From: Candidatus Zipacnadia bacterium
GTDB taxonomy: Bacteria > Armatimonadota > Zipacnadia > Zipacnadales > UBA5352
Length of the DNA stretch: 64,000 bases
Direction of reading: 5' to 3'
Assembly (NCBI GenBank): GCA_029820945.1
Contig: JALGUJ010000009.1
Location: forward strand, 8,949-72,948
The notes below the pieces were generated by a model. That model did not search any database. It saw only the letters and a list, made by a program, of their open reading frames with translations, and was not told where the DNA came from. This document shows positions 1 to 8,804 of the stretch, piece by piece (positions within the stretch are counted from its first letter, which is position 1; each line of letters opens with the position of its first letter). Position numbers and translations under genes: made by a program.

Positions 1-992
1 TCCGCCGACTTCCCCACCGCTCCGACGGCGATGTCCTCCTCCTCATCGATGTGGAAGACCGTCTGCTCCCGGCCCAGGTGCTCGGGCGGCACACCGAAGA
101 GCATGATGCAGTCGGGCTTGCGCCGCGCCTCCTCGTGGCCGGAAAGCTCGAAGAGGTTGACCAGGCTGGTGGCCTGCGCGAGGTAGTCGCGGTCGAAGTA
201 GACGTGGAAGCGCAGCTCGCCCACCAGCAGCGGGAAGCACAGCCACCGGTCGCGGTTGATCTGCAGCTCCCGCAGCGGGTTCCAGAGGATCTCGACGAAC
301 TTGCCCCTCCGGCGGATCGCCCGCGGGTACAGCACCACCGGCGGCACGAGAAGCGCCAGCCGCACCATGCGAATGTCCATGAGCTGCTCGTAGACGCCGC
401 CGGGACAGTCCCAGTTGATATGCTCGATGAGCAGGCTCATGTTGGCGCCGCCGGGCGTCTGCCGATAGACGCGCGGCCAGTACCCGCGCAGGTTGCGCTC
501 GATGCGCCGGTAGGCCTCGCGGATGAGCGAGTTCAGGTCCTGGTTGTTGTAGATGAAGGGCATGTGGCCCTCAATGGCGCTGTCGCGCGAGTCGTCCGCC
601 GACGCCTCCAGCATCAGGTAGCGCTCATAGCCGCGCCAGTGGTCGTACAGCTCCTCGACCAGCTCGGCCATCGCCATCGGGTCGTCCAGCAGGCACCTGC
701 AGTCGGGCGCGCGCACGCACGCGTCGTCCGGCGACATGTCGCAGAGCAGGCCGAGCACGCGCGCGAGCAGGTCGGCGGCGGGGGATGGGTCATTGCGGTC
801 GCCCTCGGTCTCCAGGTCGCCGAAGACGCGCAGGTGCGCAGACCCGCGCTCGCGCAGCTCGTTGATGAAGTTCTGCATCACCTGCACGGCGTGCTCCGTC
901 TGCAGCACCTGCGCCGGCTGAGTGCAGACGGCGCCGGTCATGTACACGGTGACCGCTCTGTCGGTCACTTCTCCGGGCAATCTCCAGGGCAT
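1..992 (-). CDS. hypothetical protein, partial (C-terminus beyond window start)
   Basis: A minus-strand reading frame is open from the ATG at 992-990 down to base 1. The SD GGGAGGAG lies 6-13 nt upstream (plus 993-1010). I translated it by hand as MPWRLPGEVTDRAVTVYMTG...YNNQDLNSLIREAYRR... It explains the long plus-strand shadow ORF 51..1067. I do not recognise the family. Confidence 0.5.
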   Translation of the reverse strand, partial: MPWRLPGEVTDRAVTVYMTGAVCTQPAQVLQTEHAVQVMQNFINELRERGSAHLRVFGDLETEGDRNDPSPAADLLARVLGLLCDMSPDDACVRAPDCRCLLDDPMAMAELVEELYDHWRGYERYLMLEASADDSRDSAIEGHMPFIYNNQDLNSLIREAYRRIERNLRGYWPRVYRQTPGGANMSLLIEHINWDCPGGVYEQLMDIRMVRLALLVPPVVLYPRAIRRRGKFVEILWNPLRELQINRDRWLCFPLLVGELRFHVYFDRDYLAQATSLVNLFELSGHEEARRKPDCIMLFGVPPEHLGREQTVFHIDEEEDIAVGAVGKSA

Positions 993-1201
993 GACAGCTC
1001 CTCCCTCAGGTCGGTGCGCGGGAACGGGAGTTTGGGTGCAGGTGCAGTTGAGGTCTGGCCATCGTAGAGGATAGCACATCGGGGAGAGAGGTGGTAGACG
1101 TGTGAGAGCAGGGGGAGGCCGGCCCCGCTGCCGGCCCGTGCCGCCCGCCGTTCAGTGCCGTTGCCGTCGTGCCCCCGGCGTCCTCGCCGGTGGCGCGAAT
1201 G

Positions 1202-2521
1202 CTACCTGAACATCGAATCCAGCAGCGCCAGGGCCGTCTCGGTCATCATCTCCCCCGCGACGGGAGAGAGCTTGGAGTTGTTCCCAAGACGCTGCTCGTA
1301 GCCGCCGCCCTCGAAGGCGTCACGCGTCGGCACGTAGCCCACGATCCCGTTGGCGAGCTCCAGCACGAAGGTGCGCCCGGCCGGCGACCGCAGCTTAATC
1401 GCCAGCCCGTGCTCCACGAAGATCTCGCCCGGCAGCATCACGACCCCGGCATCTCCCACTCGGAATGCCTGCACCTCCGCCGGCACCAGCGGCCGCTCGC
1501 GCTTCTCCTCCATCAGCTCCAGCACCATCCGGGCGTAGGTGTGCTCCCTGTATGCTGCGTGGTCCTCCTCGTCGTAGCCCTCTGCGAGCAGCTCGCGCGC
1601 CGCCTGCTCGACCGCCGGCTCGATGCGCCGCAGCGGGATCGCGGTCTCGACCGCGCGCGCGTCCAGCGCCAGCTCGTCGGTGAACTCGGCCACGCTCTCA
1701 GCCTCAGTCACGTCGTCGGCCAGTCGTTCGGCCATGAGCCGCAGCAGCTCATCGCCGCTGCGTGGGCGGTCGGGGTCGAAGACGTCCTGCTGGCAGAGGT
1801 TCCCGCAGCAGCCGTTGCCGAAGAGGGTGATGACCTGCTCGCCGTGGCGGTCCTTCATCTCGCGCGACAGCTCGCCGGGGAAGTCGGCGGAGATGGCCGT
1901 GCTCTGCCCGGTGACGGTGGCATGGCAGGCGAAGTTGACCCACCAGCCGAGCGGCTCGCCGTCCTCGCCGCGCACGGCGATCACGCCCACCTCCGGGTCG
2001 GTCTTCCCCTCCTGGTAGAGGATGTCGGTCGAACCCGGCGGCGGGTGCATGACCACCTCGCCCGAGCGCATCATGAAGCGGCGGTTGAAGGAGACCTTCC
2101 CCTCGAACGCCCAGCCGATGCCCACCTGCGCGGGCCGGCGCTGCTGCCACGCCTCGGTGGCCGCGCGCACGATCCCGGCCTCGAACTCGGCGAGGTAGTC
2201 GGGATCGGGCAGCACGTCGCGCGTCCAGATGCGCGCCACCATCGGGCCGTAGTGCGTATGCGTGGCGGAGATGGCGATGCGCTCGGCGGGCATGCCGGTG
2301 GCCGTCTCGATGGCCTCCCGGCAGCGCAGGACGGTGCCGCGCTGCACGGAGAGCACATCGCAGGTGATCAGGCAGATGGGCGCCTCGCCGTCGTCGAGGA
2401 TCATGGCGCGGGCGAAGAGCGGGTCGCGCACCCGGTCTGCGTGGCGGATGCGCCAGTGCCCCGTCAGCGCGATCCCCAGCGGTGGGGTTATGTCGATCTC
2501 GGCAAGGCCGACGCTGAGCAT
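1202..2521 (-). CDS. neutral/alkaline ceramidase-like hydrolase (N-terminal ceramidase domain)
   Basis: 439 aa. The N-terminus LAEIDITPPLGIALTGH...DPLFARAMILDDGE..ICLITCDVL matches the neutral ceramidase N-domain pattern (AxxDITP..G..L.GY....G.HD.L.ARA.v.dDg...v..d..). GGAGG SD precedes the ATG at 2521. Confidence 0.55.
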   Translation of the reverse strand: MLSVGLAEIDITPPLGIALTGHWRIRHADRVRDPLFARAMILDDGEAPICLITCDVLSVQRGTVLRCREAIETATGMPAERIAISATHTHYGPMVARIWTRDVLPDPDYLAEFEAGIVRAATEAWQQRRPAQVGIGWAFEGKVSFNRRFMMRSGEVVMHPPPGSTDILYQEGKTDPEVGVIAVRGEDGEPLGWWVNFACHATVTGQSTAISADFPGELSREMKDRHGEQVITLFGNGCCGNLCQQDVFDPDRPRSGDELLRLMAERLADDVTEAESVAEFTDELALDARAVETAIPLRRIEPAVEQAARELLAEGYDEEDHAAYREHTYARMVLELMEEKRERPLVPAEVQAFRVGDAGVVMLPGEIFVEHGLAIKLRSPAGRTFVLELANGIVGYVPTRDAFEGGGYEQRLGNNSKLSPVAGEMMTETALALLDSMFR

Positions 2522-2894
2522 GGATGTCGCCTCCGCGGTCGTCGTCCGTCGTTGTCGCTTGCTGTTCCGTTTGGACTGTGTATGTCAAGAGTGTTGTGCG
2601 ATGGGGTCAGGCGGCGGCGCGCCGTCGGTTTCTTGTGCAGGTCGCGAAGAAGACCGGTTGCAGCAGCTTCTGGTATTCGCATCGGGGTAGGCGATGCGGT
2701 CTGCGGCGGCTCGGGAATACCTCCCGCGGCGGCCGGTCGGCCATGCTGCAACTCCCCCTGTCAACGCCGACGACGTACGGCAAAACGACCGGGCTGGGAC
2801 GGAGACCAGCCCCTCCAAACGGCTGGACATACGGCAAACGACAACGCCGGGCGCTGACCCGTGCGTATCGGCGGCTGTGCGTTGCCTTTGCGCC

Positions 2895-4178
2895 CTACGC
2901 CTCCGCCGCCAGCTCCATCACCCGGTCGATGTTGTCGATGACCTTGCGGAAGCCGTCCACGTAGAGACGCATCAGCTCCATGTCATTCGGCGGGTAGACG
3001 CCGCGCAGGTAGCTGTGCGCCGCGATGAACTCCAGTGTCAGCGGGTAGTCCTCGCCGCGATACTCGTACTCCACGTCCGGGTTCAGCGCCCACGGCACGC
3101 CGCGGCCGAAGCCCTGCTTCTGCAGGAACACGTCCTGGCCCGGAATCGGCCGCGTCTGCCACTGGCCCATGCTGATGCCCTCGGCGGCGAGGGCCTTGAC
3201 GCAGGCGGCCTTCATCTCACCCGCGCTGCAGTCGAGCCCGACCTCCTCGGGGCGGAACTCGACCACATACACGTAGTACACCGGCTGGCCCCACGGCGGC
3301 TCGGCCGGGCCGGCGACGCCGGGGATGTCCTCGAAGCTCTCGGTCAGGAAGTGCGCGAACTCGATGCGCCTGGCGTTGTTCTCGTCCAGGCGCGAGAACT
3401 GCGTGAGCATGAAGGCGTTCACGAACTCGTGCGGCCGGTAGTTCCACCCCAGCCCGAAGGCGTTGTACTCACGCTGCTGGCCGCTGGGAGGCACGACCTC
3501 CCCGAACTCCCGCATGCGCCGGGCGTGCTCGTAGGCGTCGTCATCGTCGGTGGTGAAGATCCCGCCCTCCCCCGAGGACAGGTTCTTCGAGCGGTTGGTC
3601 GAGAAGCCGGTGGTGAAGGGAATGCCGCCGATCTTCTGTCCGCCGTAGGTCGCGCCGTGCGCCTGGCAGGCATCGTGCACGACCATCAGGTCATGCCTCT
3701 CGGCGATCTCGAAGATCGGGTCGAGGTCGGCGGGCATGCCGTGGATGTGCACGGGCATGATCGCGGCGGTGCGCTCGGTGATCTTCTCCTCGATCAGCTC
3801 CGGGGCGATGGTGTAGTGGACCGGGTCGATGTCCACGAAGACCGGGATGGCGCAGTGGTGCAGGATGGCCGCCGCCGACGCCCAGAAGCTGAAGGCGCTG
3901 GTGATGACCTCATCGCCGGGCAGCACGCCCGCGCTGGCCACGGCCATATGCAGCGCCGAGGTGCCGGAGTTGGTGACCAGGGCGTACTTGCAGCCGCAGT
4001 ACTCCGCCCACTTCTCCTGCATCGCCACCGCGTTCGGAGCGGAGTTGCCGTGGAAGATGTCGCTGTCGAACACATCCATGATGGCCTGGCGGTCCCGCTC
4101 ATCGTGCGGGGGCCAGGTCCGCACCATCCCCTCGGGCACGGTGCGCGGTCCGCCGTCAAGTGCAAGCTTCTCTGCCAT
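2895..4178 (-). CDS. DegT/DnrJ/EryC1/StrS-family PLP-dependent aminotransferase
   Basis: The ORF track gives 2895..4229; I moved the start to MAEKLALDGGP at 4178, which has a GGAGG SD 9 nt upstream. Family-typical motifs are present: LDGGPRTVP, NSGTSALHMA, HxxGxxxDxD, and SxxxxKNLSxGEGG (Lys in the S-x-x-K context). Confidence 0.8.
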   Translation of the reverse strand: MAEKLALDGGPRTVPEGMVRTWPPHDERDRQAIMDVFDSDIFHGNSAPNAVAMQEKWAEYCGCKYALVTNSGTSALHMAVASAGVLPGDEVITSAFSFWASAAAILHHCAIPVFVDIDPVHYTIAPELIEEKITERTAAIMPVHIHGMPADLDPIFEIAERHDLMVVHDACQAHGATYGGQKIGGIPFTTGFSTNRSKNLSSGEGGIFTTDDDDAYEHARRMREFGEVVPPSGQQREYNAFGLGWNYRPHEFVNAFMLTQFSRLDENNARRIEFAHFLTESFEDIPGVAGPAEPPWGQPVYYVYVVEFRPEEVGLDCSAGEMKAACVKALAAEGISMGQWQTRPIPGQDVFLQKQGFGRGVPWALNPDVEYEYRGEDYPLTLEFIAAHSYLRGVYPPNDMELMRLYVDGFRKVIDNIDRVMELAAEA

Positions 4179-4266
4179 CCTCGTAACCTCCAGGTGTTGT
4201 GGTTGAGGCGTCATGATCGCGCGCGGCACGGCCTCCGAGTGTGGAGGCCCGGATCGGGCGGATGGT

Positions 4267-5226
4267 TCACCTCCGGGGGTCTGCTGTCCTGCTTTCTCGC
4301 CACAGAGGCGGCCTGAGCACGGCCGGGATGGCCAGCAGCGCCACGGCCACGAGCATGCACAGCTCCATCTGCAGGTGCGTTCCGCCCCGGACGGCCATCA
4401 GCGGCAGGTCATGCAGCGCCGAGGTCGTCGCGACGATAACGCCGCCCGGCAGCACCGATCCCGTGGCGACGCGCGCCCAGGACAGCACCAGCCCCAGCAG
4501 CGCGTAGGTCGCCACGCGCACCGGCAGCGCGCTCCGGTCCTCCCCGGCGACCAGCGGCGTGAGCAGCATCGGTGCACTCCACCACAGGGCAGCCGCCAGG
4601 GCCGCTGCCGCGCTCGAGACCGCGAACCCCAGGCCGATGAGCTGGCTCTGCAGCACGCCGCGCCATGGGAACTCTACGAAGGGCGCAAGCAGCAGGCCCA
4701 TCAGCAGCCCGCCCGCGAGCCCCCCGGCGACCTCGCGCAGCAGGGGCTGCACTCCCTCCTCGATGCGGAGCTTGTGCTCCAGGGCCTCGACGAACCGCTT
4801 GGCGTCGCCCAGCCGCTGGACCTCGCCCATGCCGGCCGGGTCGAAGCGGCCGATGCCGACGATCAGCGGGAGGGCCGTGGCCATGAGCATCAGCGCGAGC
4901 CCCACGAAGGGCGCGACCAGGATCGTGCTGGCGCCGGGCCAGCGCAGGCCGTGGGCCCTCAGCGACAGCTTCCAGCGCACCGCAAGGGCAGCCGCGACGA
5001 TGGGCGGCAGGACAACGAGGAACACGGCCAGCGCCAGGCAGGCGACCACCTGCGGCGAGCCTGCGGGCATGTCGGCGATCTCAGAGCCGCTCGCCGGTCC
5101 GGTCAGGAGCCTCACAGCCAGCACCGCAGCGAGGCCCGGGCCGAAGGTCCAGGCCAGCAGCAGCCAGGCCGGCCGCACGGGGGCGGCATCTGGCTTGGGC
5201 GCCGGGCGGTCGCTAGTCTCCTTCAC
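4267..5226 (-). CDS. CPBP-family intramembrane metalloprotease (CAAX protease / Abi-like)
   Basis: 319 aa, multi-TM. PFVEFPWRGVLQ resembles CPBP motif 1 (EExxxR / FRG), followed by further hydrophobic helices. Confidence 0.55.
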   Translation of the reverse strand: MKETSDRPAPKPDAAPVRPAWLLLAWTFGPGLAAVLAVRLLTGPASGSEIADMPAGSPQVVACLALAVFLVVLPPIVAAALAVRWKLSLRAHGLRWPGASTILVAPFVGLALMLMATALPLIVGIGRFDPAGMGEVQRLGDAKRFVEALEHKLRIEEGVQPLLREVAGGLAGGLLMGLLLAPFVEFPWRGVLQSQLIGLGFAVSSAAAALAAALWWSAPMLLTPLVAGEDRSALPVRVATYALLGLVLSWARVATGSVLPGGVIVATTSALHDLPLMAVRGGTHLQMELCMLVAVALLAIPAVLRPPLWRESRTADPRR

Positions 5227-5455
5227 GGCGAGCCTTCAGCGCGTCCCGGATGAGCAGGCCGATGATGGTCAGGAGCAATATCGATACGCTGATCACAGGC
5301 AGGGGAACCCCGAACATATCTCCCAGTCCAATCGGGTCGGCTCCGGTCGGTCCGCGGTCGGGCCCGGGCGGGCGTGTGCGGCATCGCCCGACGACTCGCC
5401 CATGCCGCGATCATACCACGTGCGGCGCGCGACGGCGACCTCAGCCGCGATGGCG

Positions 5456-7723
5456 TCACCCGGCGTCGCCATAGTCAAGCAGCACCTTGTTCCAGCCGAC
5501 GAATGCGTCGATGCGGCGGAAGAGCGGGTTGTCCACCGGGATGTCGCCGCGCGCCGCCCGTGCGCGCATCAGCAGGTCGCACATCCGCACGCACTGGTGC
5601 CGCACCAGGTTCGTCCCCAGGCCCGACTGGTACTCCCAGGTGTAGAGGCCCACGCGCTCGTTCAGCGGCGGGCTCCCGCCCTCGATGTAGGCTTGCACGT
5701 AGTAGGGCGCGTTCCGCTCGACGTGCTGCGCCAGCTCCTCCCGCGTGGGCTGCTCCAGCACCTCACCGGCCGGACGCTCCACGAGTCGCTCAAGCTGGTT
5801 GCGGAGCCCCGCCACGTTGACGTGGTCGTGCGGCTGTGGCGGCGTATCGCGTCCGGTCGCGGCCATGTAGGCCTGCACCTGCCCGGGGTCATCCATGAAG
5901 TAGATCTCGCGCCCGTACATCTGGATCGGCCGGCCCGTCTCGACGTCGTAGTCCCACCACCACGCGTCCTCGCCATCGACGATGAGCTTGCCGGCCTCGA
6001 ACCACTCCAGCACGCGCCGCACGGGCGCCAGGTACTTCTCGTCGAGCGTCGCCGAGTATGCGGCGAACAGGCCCTTCGCCGCCCAGCGCGCGCCGTACTG
6101 AGTGACCGCCGGCGGCTCGAAGTGGCGTGCCTCCGCCGGGTTGTTCTCCGCGTCGTACTGCCCCGCCCATCCCGCGAGCTTCCCGGTGTCGATGAAGGCC
6201 TCGATCAGCCAGTCGGCGCCGCGCAGCGCGGCCTCGCGGTAACGCTCATCGCCGGCGTACTCGTGCATGTTGAGCAGCGCCTGCACTGGCCCCGACGTGC
6301 CGTAGTCGTTGACCTCACCGCCGCCCTCGATGCCGCGCGCGGTCACCCCAACCTGCCTCTCCGGCAGCCAGTGGTGCGGCCACGAGCCGTTGGGGTTCTG
6401 CGCGAGCAGCAGGAAGTCGGCCACGCGCCTGGCCGCGTCCAGGTACTGCTGCTCGCCCGTTACGCGGTGCATGTAGCACAGCAGCATCAGCGGCCCGGTC
6501 TGGCAGTGGTCCTGGATCAGCGCCGAGCTCGTGGCCGGGATGTACTCGCCGTCCTCGAAGTAGTAGCCGTGCACCCAGAAGCCGAAGTCGGGATCCTGGG
6601 TGGTCAGATACATGTCCGCGGTGTTGCGCGCGGCCTGCAGATAGCGCTCATCCCCGAGCGCCTCGTAGGCGAAGAGCATCTCGGCGGCCCCGAAGGCGGT
6701 GTGACTGTCCTTCGAAAGCCAGATCATGTTGCGCGGCTCGGGCATGCGGAACTTGGCCGTCCACTGCAGCAACGACGGCCACTTGATGCTCAGGCACCAG
6801 CCCCCGTGTCGCTGGGTCTCGAGCAGCATCCTCAGGTGTTGCCGCGCCACCTGCTCGCAGCGTGCCAGGTTCGGATCATCGGGGAAGAGCGTCGCCTCGG
6901 CGGTCCATGTCGGGTCCTGCGGGCGCGGACCGTCGTAAGGCGCATCGGATGCCATCACCTGCTCCGCGTCAGGCCAGGGGACGCTCAGGATCGCGATCTC
7001 GTCCATGAGCCCGTCCAGCGGCTGCTGATTCTCGGCTCTGTAGTGGTGCGTGTTGCCGAAGATCGCCGCGAGGTACTCGTGCGGGCGCTCGATGGTCTCC
7101 GGAATCTCGCCCTCCACCACCTCGTCATCGACGACCAGCCAGACGCCGCGGCTGTCGAAGTCCCAGGAGAACGCGAGGTGGTGCCAGGCGCCCGGATCGA
7201 GCCCGGCGGCCTCCGTGGAAGCCAGCACGACCTCCTCGGCGTCCCAGTTCCACTCGTCGCCACCGACGTGGGCGACCAGGTCGATGGCGTTGTCCTCGGT
7301 CTTGCGCAGCGACAGCGCCAGCCCCTGCTTCGGCCAGAGGCTCTCGTCGGCGATCATCCCCTCGATCGTGCGGCACAGCGCCGCGAGGCAGTGCGGGCGG
7401 CCGTCGGCGAAGATGTTGGCGTCGCCCGACCTGACGTGCATGGAGACGGTCCCGGCCTCCAGTGGCACGTTGTCGAGGCCGTCGAAGCCGATGTAGCCCA
7501 TCTTCGAGGTGTTGCGCCAGGCCTGTCCGTGCAGGCCGCCATCGACCAGCTCGAAGTTGTAGCCGAACTGATAGGGGTTGCCGGCGGCCTTCCAGGCGTA
7601 TGTGGTGCCCTCGAAGTCCAGGTAGAAGATCACCGCGTCATCGCCCGCCCACTGCGAGGCGGGGGCCTGCGCGAGGGCCGGGGCCGATGCCAGGACAGCC
7701 AGTGCCATGAGCCTGCGGCGCAT
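5456..7723 (-). CDS. secreted LamG/concanavalin-like + (alpha/alpha)6-toroid polysaccharide lyase/hydrolase-like protein
   Basis: Start refined to MRRRLMALAVLASAPALAQA (signal peptide), with AAGGAGG SD at plus 7724-7745. The C-terminal half has repeated aromatic/acidic helical pairs typical of an alpha/alpha toroid (YLDAARRVADFLLLAQNPNGSW, YREAALRGADWLIEA). Confidence 0.55.
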   Translation of the reverse strand: MRRRLMALAVLASAPALAQAPASQWAGDDAVIFYLDFEGTTYAWKAAGNPYQFGYNFELVDGGLHGQAWRNTSKMGYIGFDGLDNVPLEAGTVSMHVRSGDANIFADGRPHCLAALCRTIEGMIADESLWPKQGLALSLRKTEDNAIDLVAHVGGDEWNWDAEEVVLASTEAAGLDPGAWHHLAFSWDFDSRGVWLVVDDEVVEGEIPETIERPHEYLAAIFGNTHHYRAENQQPLDGLMDEIAILSVPWPDAEQVMASDAPYDGPRPQDPTWTAEATLFPDDPNLARCEQVARQHLRMLLETQRHGGWCLSIKWPSLLQWTAKFRMPEPRNMIWLSKDSHTAFGAAEMLFAYEALGDERYLQAARNTADMYLTTQDPDFGFWVHGYYFEDGEYIPATSSALIQDHCQTGPLMLLCYMHRVTGEQQYLDAARRVADFLLLAQNPNGSWPHHWLPERQVGVTARGIEGGGEVNDYGTSGPVQALLNMHEYAGDERYREAALRGADWLIEAFIDTGKLAGWAGQYDAENNPAEARHFEPPAVTQYGARWAAKGLFAAYSATLDEKYLAPVRRVLEWFEAGKLIVDGEDAWWWDYDVETGRPIQMYGREIYFMDDPGQVQAYMAATGRDTPPQPHDHVNVAGLRNQLERLVERPAGEVLEQPTREELAQHVERNAPYYVQAYIEGGSPPLNERVGLYTWEYQSGLGTNLVRHQCVRMCDLLMRARAARGDIPVDNPLFRRIDAFVGWNKVLLDYGDAG

Positions 7724-7821
7724 AGCCGAGGTCCTCCTTCTTGCGGGAAGAGGTCCGGGGCAGTACAATTCGCTCCGGATGCACTCGGACCTGCCACCAT
7801 TCGCTCTGGAGGCGACGCTCG

Positions 7822-8802
7822 ATGGTGCGCGCACTGGTCGCTGTCCTTGCCGGCTCAGCGGTCGCATCAGGGGTCTCGGCGACGGAGCTGGGGATCGACG
7901 GGAGCCGCTTCACGCTCGACGGCGAGCCGACGTTCCTGCTCGGCATCAGCTACTACGCGGGCCTGGCGCGCACGCCGGAGCTGATGGAGCGTGACCTCGA
8001 TGACCTGCGTGCCCACGGCGTGAACTGGGTCCGCGTGTGGGCGACGTGGGATCGGCACGGCACGGAGCCGGCCGTGGACGCGGAGGGAGCCGCCGTCGAG
8101 CCGGCCATGCAGCGGCTGAAGACGCTTGTGCGGCTCGCCGACGAACGCGGGATGGTCGTGGACGTGACCTTCCACCGCGGCGGTGGCCTCACGTCGCAAC
8201 AGGCGCATCTCGCCGCGGTGCGAACGATCACCCAGGCGCTGCTGCCCTGGCGCAATGCATACATCGACGTGGCGAATGAGCGCGATGTCGGCGACGCCCG
8301 GTTCGTCAGTCTCGAGGAGTGCCGGGAGCTGCGCGACGCTATCCGGGAGATCGATCCGCGGCGGCTCATAACCGCCTCATGCGCGCTCGGCTCGCGGGAG
8401 GCGCTCGCTGAGTACCTGGAGACCACGCAGCTCGACTTCATCACGCCGCATCTGCCGCGGGGCGCCCGCGACCCGGCGAAGACCGAGGAGCGCGTGCGTC
8501 AGTACCTCGCGCGGATGCAGGAGATGGGGCGACTGGTGCCGGTGCATCTGCAGGAGCCCTTCCGGCGCGACTACGGCTCCTGGCAGCCGGGTGCGGAGGC
8601 CTTCCTGACTGACCTGCGCGGCGCCATCGCAGGCGGCGCGGCGGGCTGGTGCCTGCACAACGGCAGCAACCGCCGCGCGGACGACGGCGAGCCGCGGCGC
8701 TCGTTCGATCTGCGCCCCGAGCGCGGACCGTTCATTGAGACGCTCGACGAGGTCGAGCGCGAGGTGCTCGGCCAGATGGCGGGCGTGCTGTCCGCCGGCT
8801 GA
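7822..8802 (+). CDS. GH5-like (cellulase/mannanase-family) glycoside hydrolase, secreted
   Basis: Start refined to MVRALVAVLAGSAVASG (signal peptide) at 7822, with GGAGG SD 11 nt upstream. GVNWVRVW and the NERD..ANE-like region are GH5 (beta/alpha)8 signatures. The longer track ORF from 7741 overlaps the divergent upstream gene. Confidence 0.6.
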   Translation: MVRALVAVLAGSAVASGVSATELGIDGSRFTLDGEPTFLLGISYYAGLARTPELMERDLDDLRAHGVNWVRVWATWDRHGTEPAVDAEGAAVEPAMQRLKTLVRLADERGMVVDVTFHRGGGLTSQQAHLAAVRTITQALLPWRNAYIDVANERDVGDARFVSLEECRELRDAIREIDPRRLITASCALGSREALAEYLETTQLDFITPHLPRGARDPAKTEERVRQYLARMQEMGRLVPVHLQEPFRRDYGSWQPGAEAFLTDLRGAIAGGAAGWCLHNGSNRRADDGEPRRSFDLRPERGPFIETLDEVEREVLGQMAGVLSAG

Positions 8803-8804
8803 AC

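Noticed and set aside
4559-7984. 1141-aa ORF on the plus strand (also 51..1067, 1169..2857, 2694..4316, 8847..11072, 11130..13253, 13235..14251, 14459..15838, 17298..18959 minus, 24750..26171, 31421..33397 minus, 37633..39510 minus, 40014..41627 minus, 44112..45398 minus, 41473..42477 minus)
   Set aside because: These are GC-driven shadow ORFs antisense to, or out of frame with, well-supported genes. Their composition is Arg/Ala/Pro/Gly-rich nonsense with His/Arg runs. They have no SD and no recognisable domains. Every case overlaps a gene with clear family signatures on the other strand or frame.
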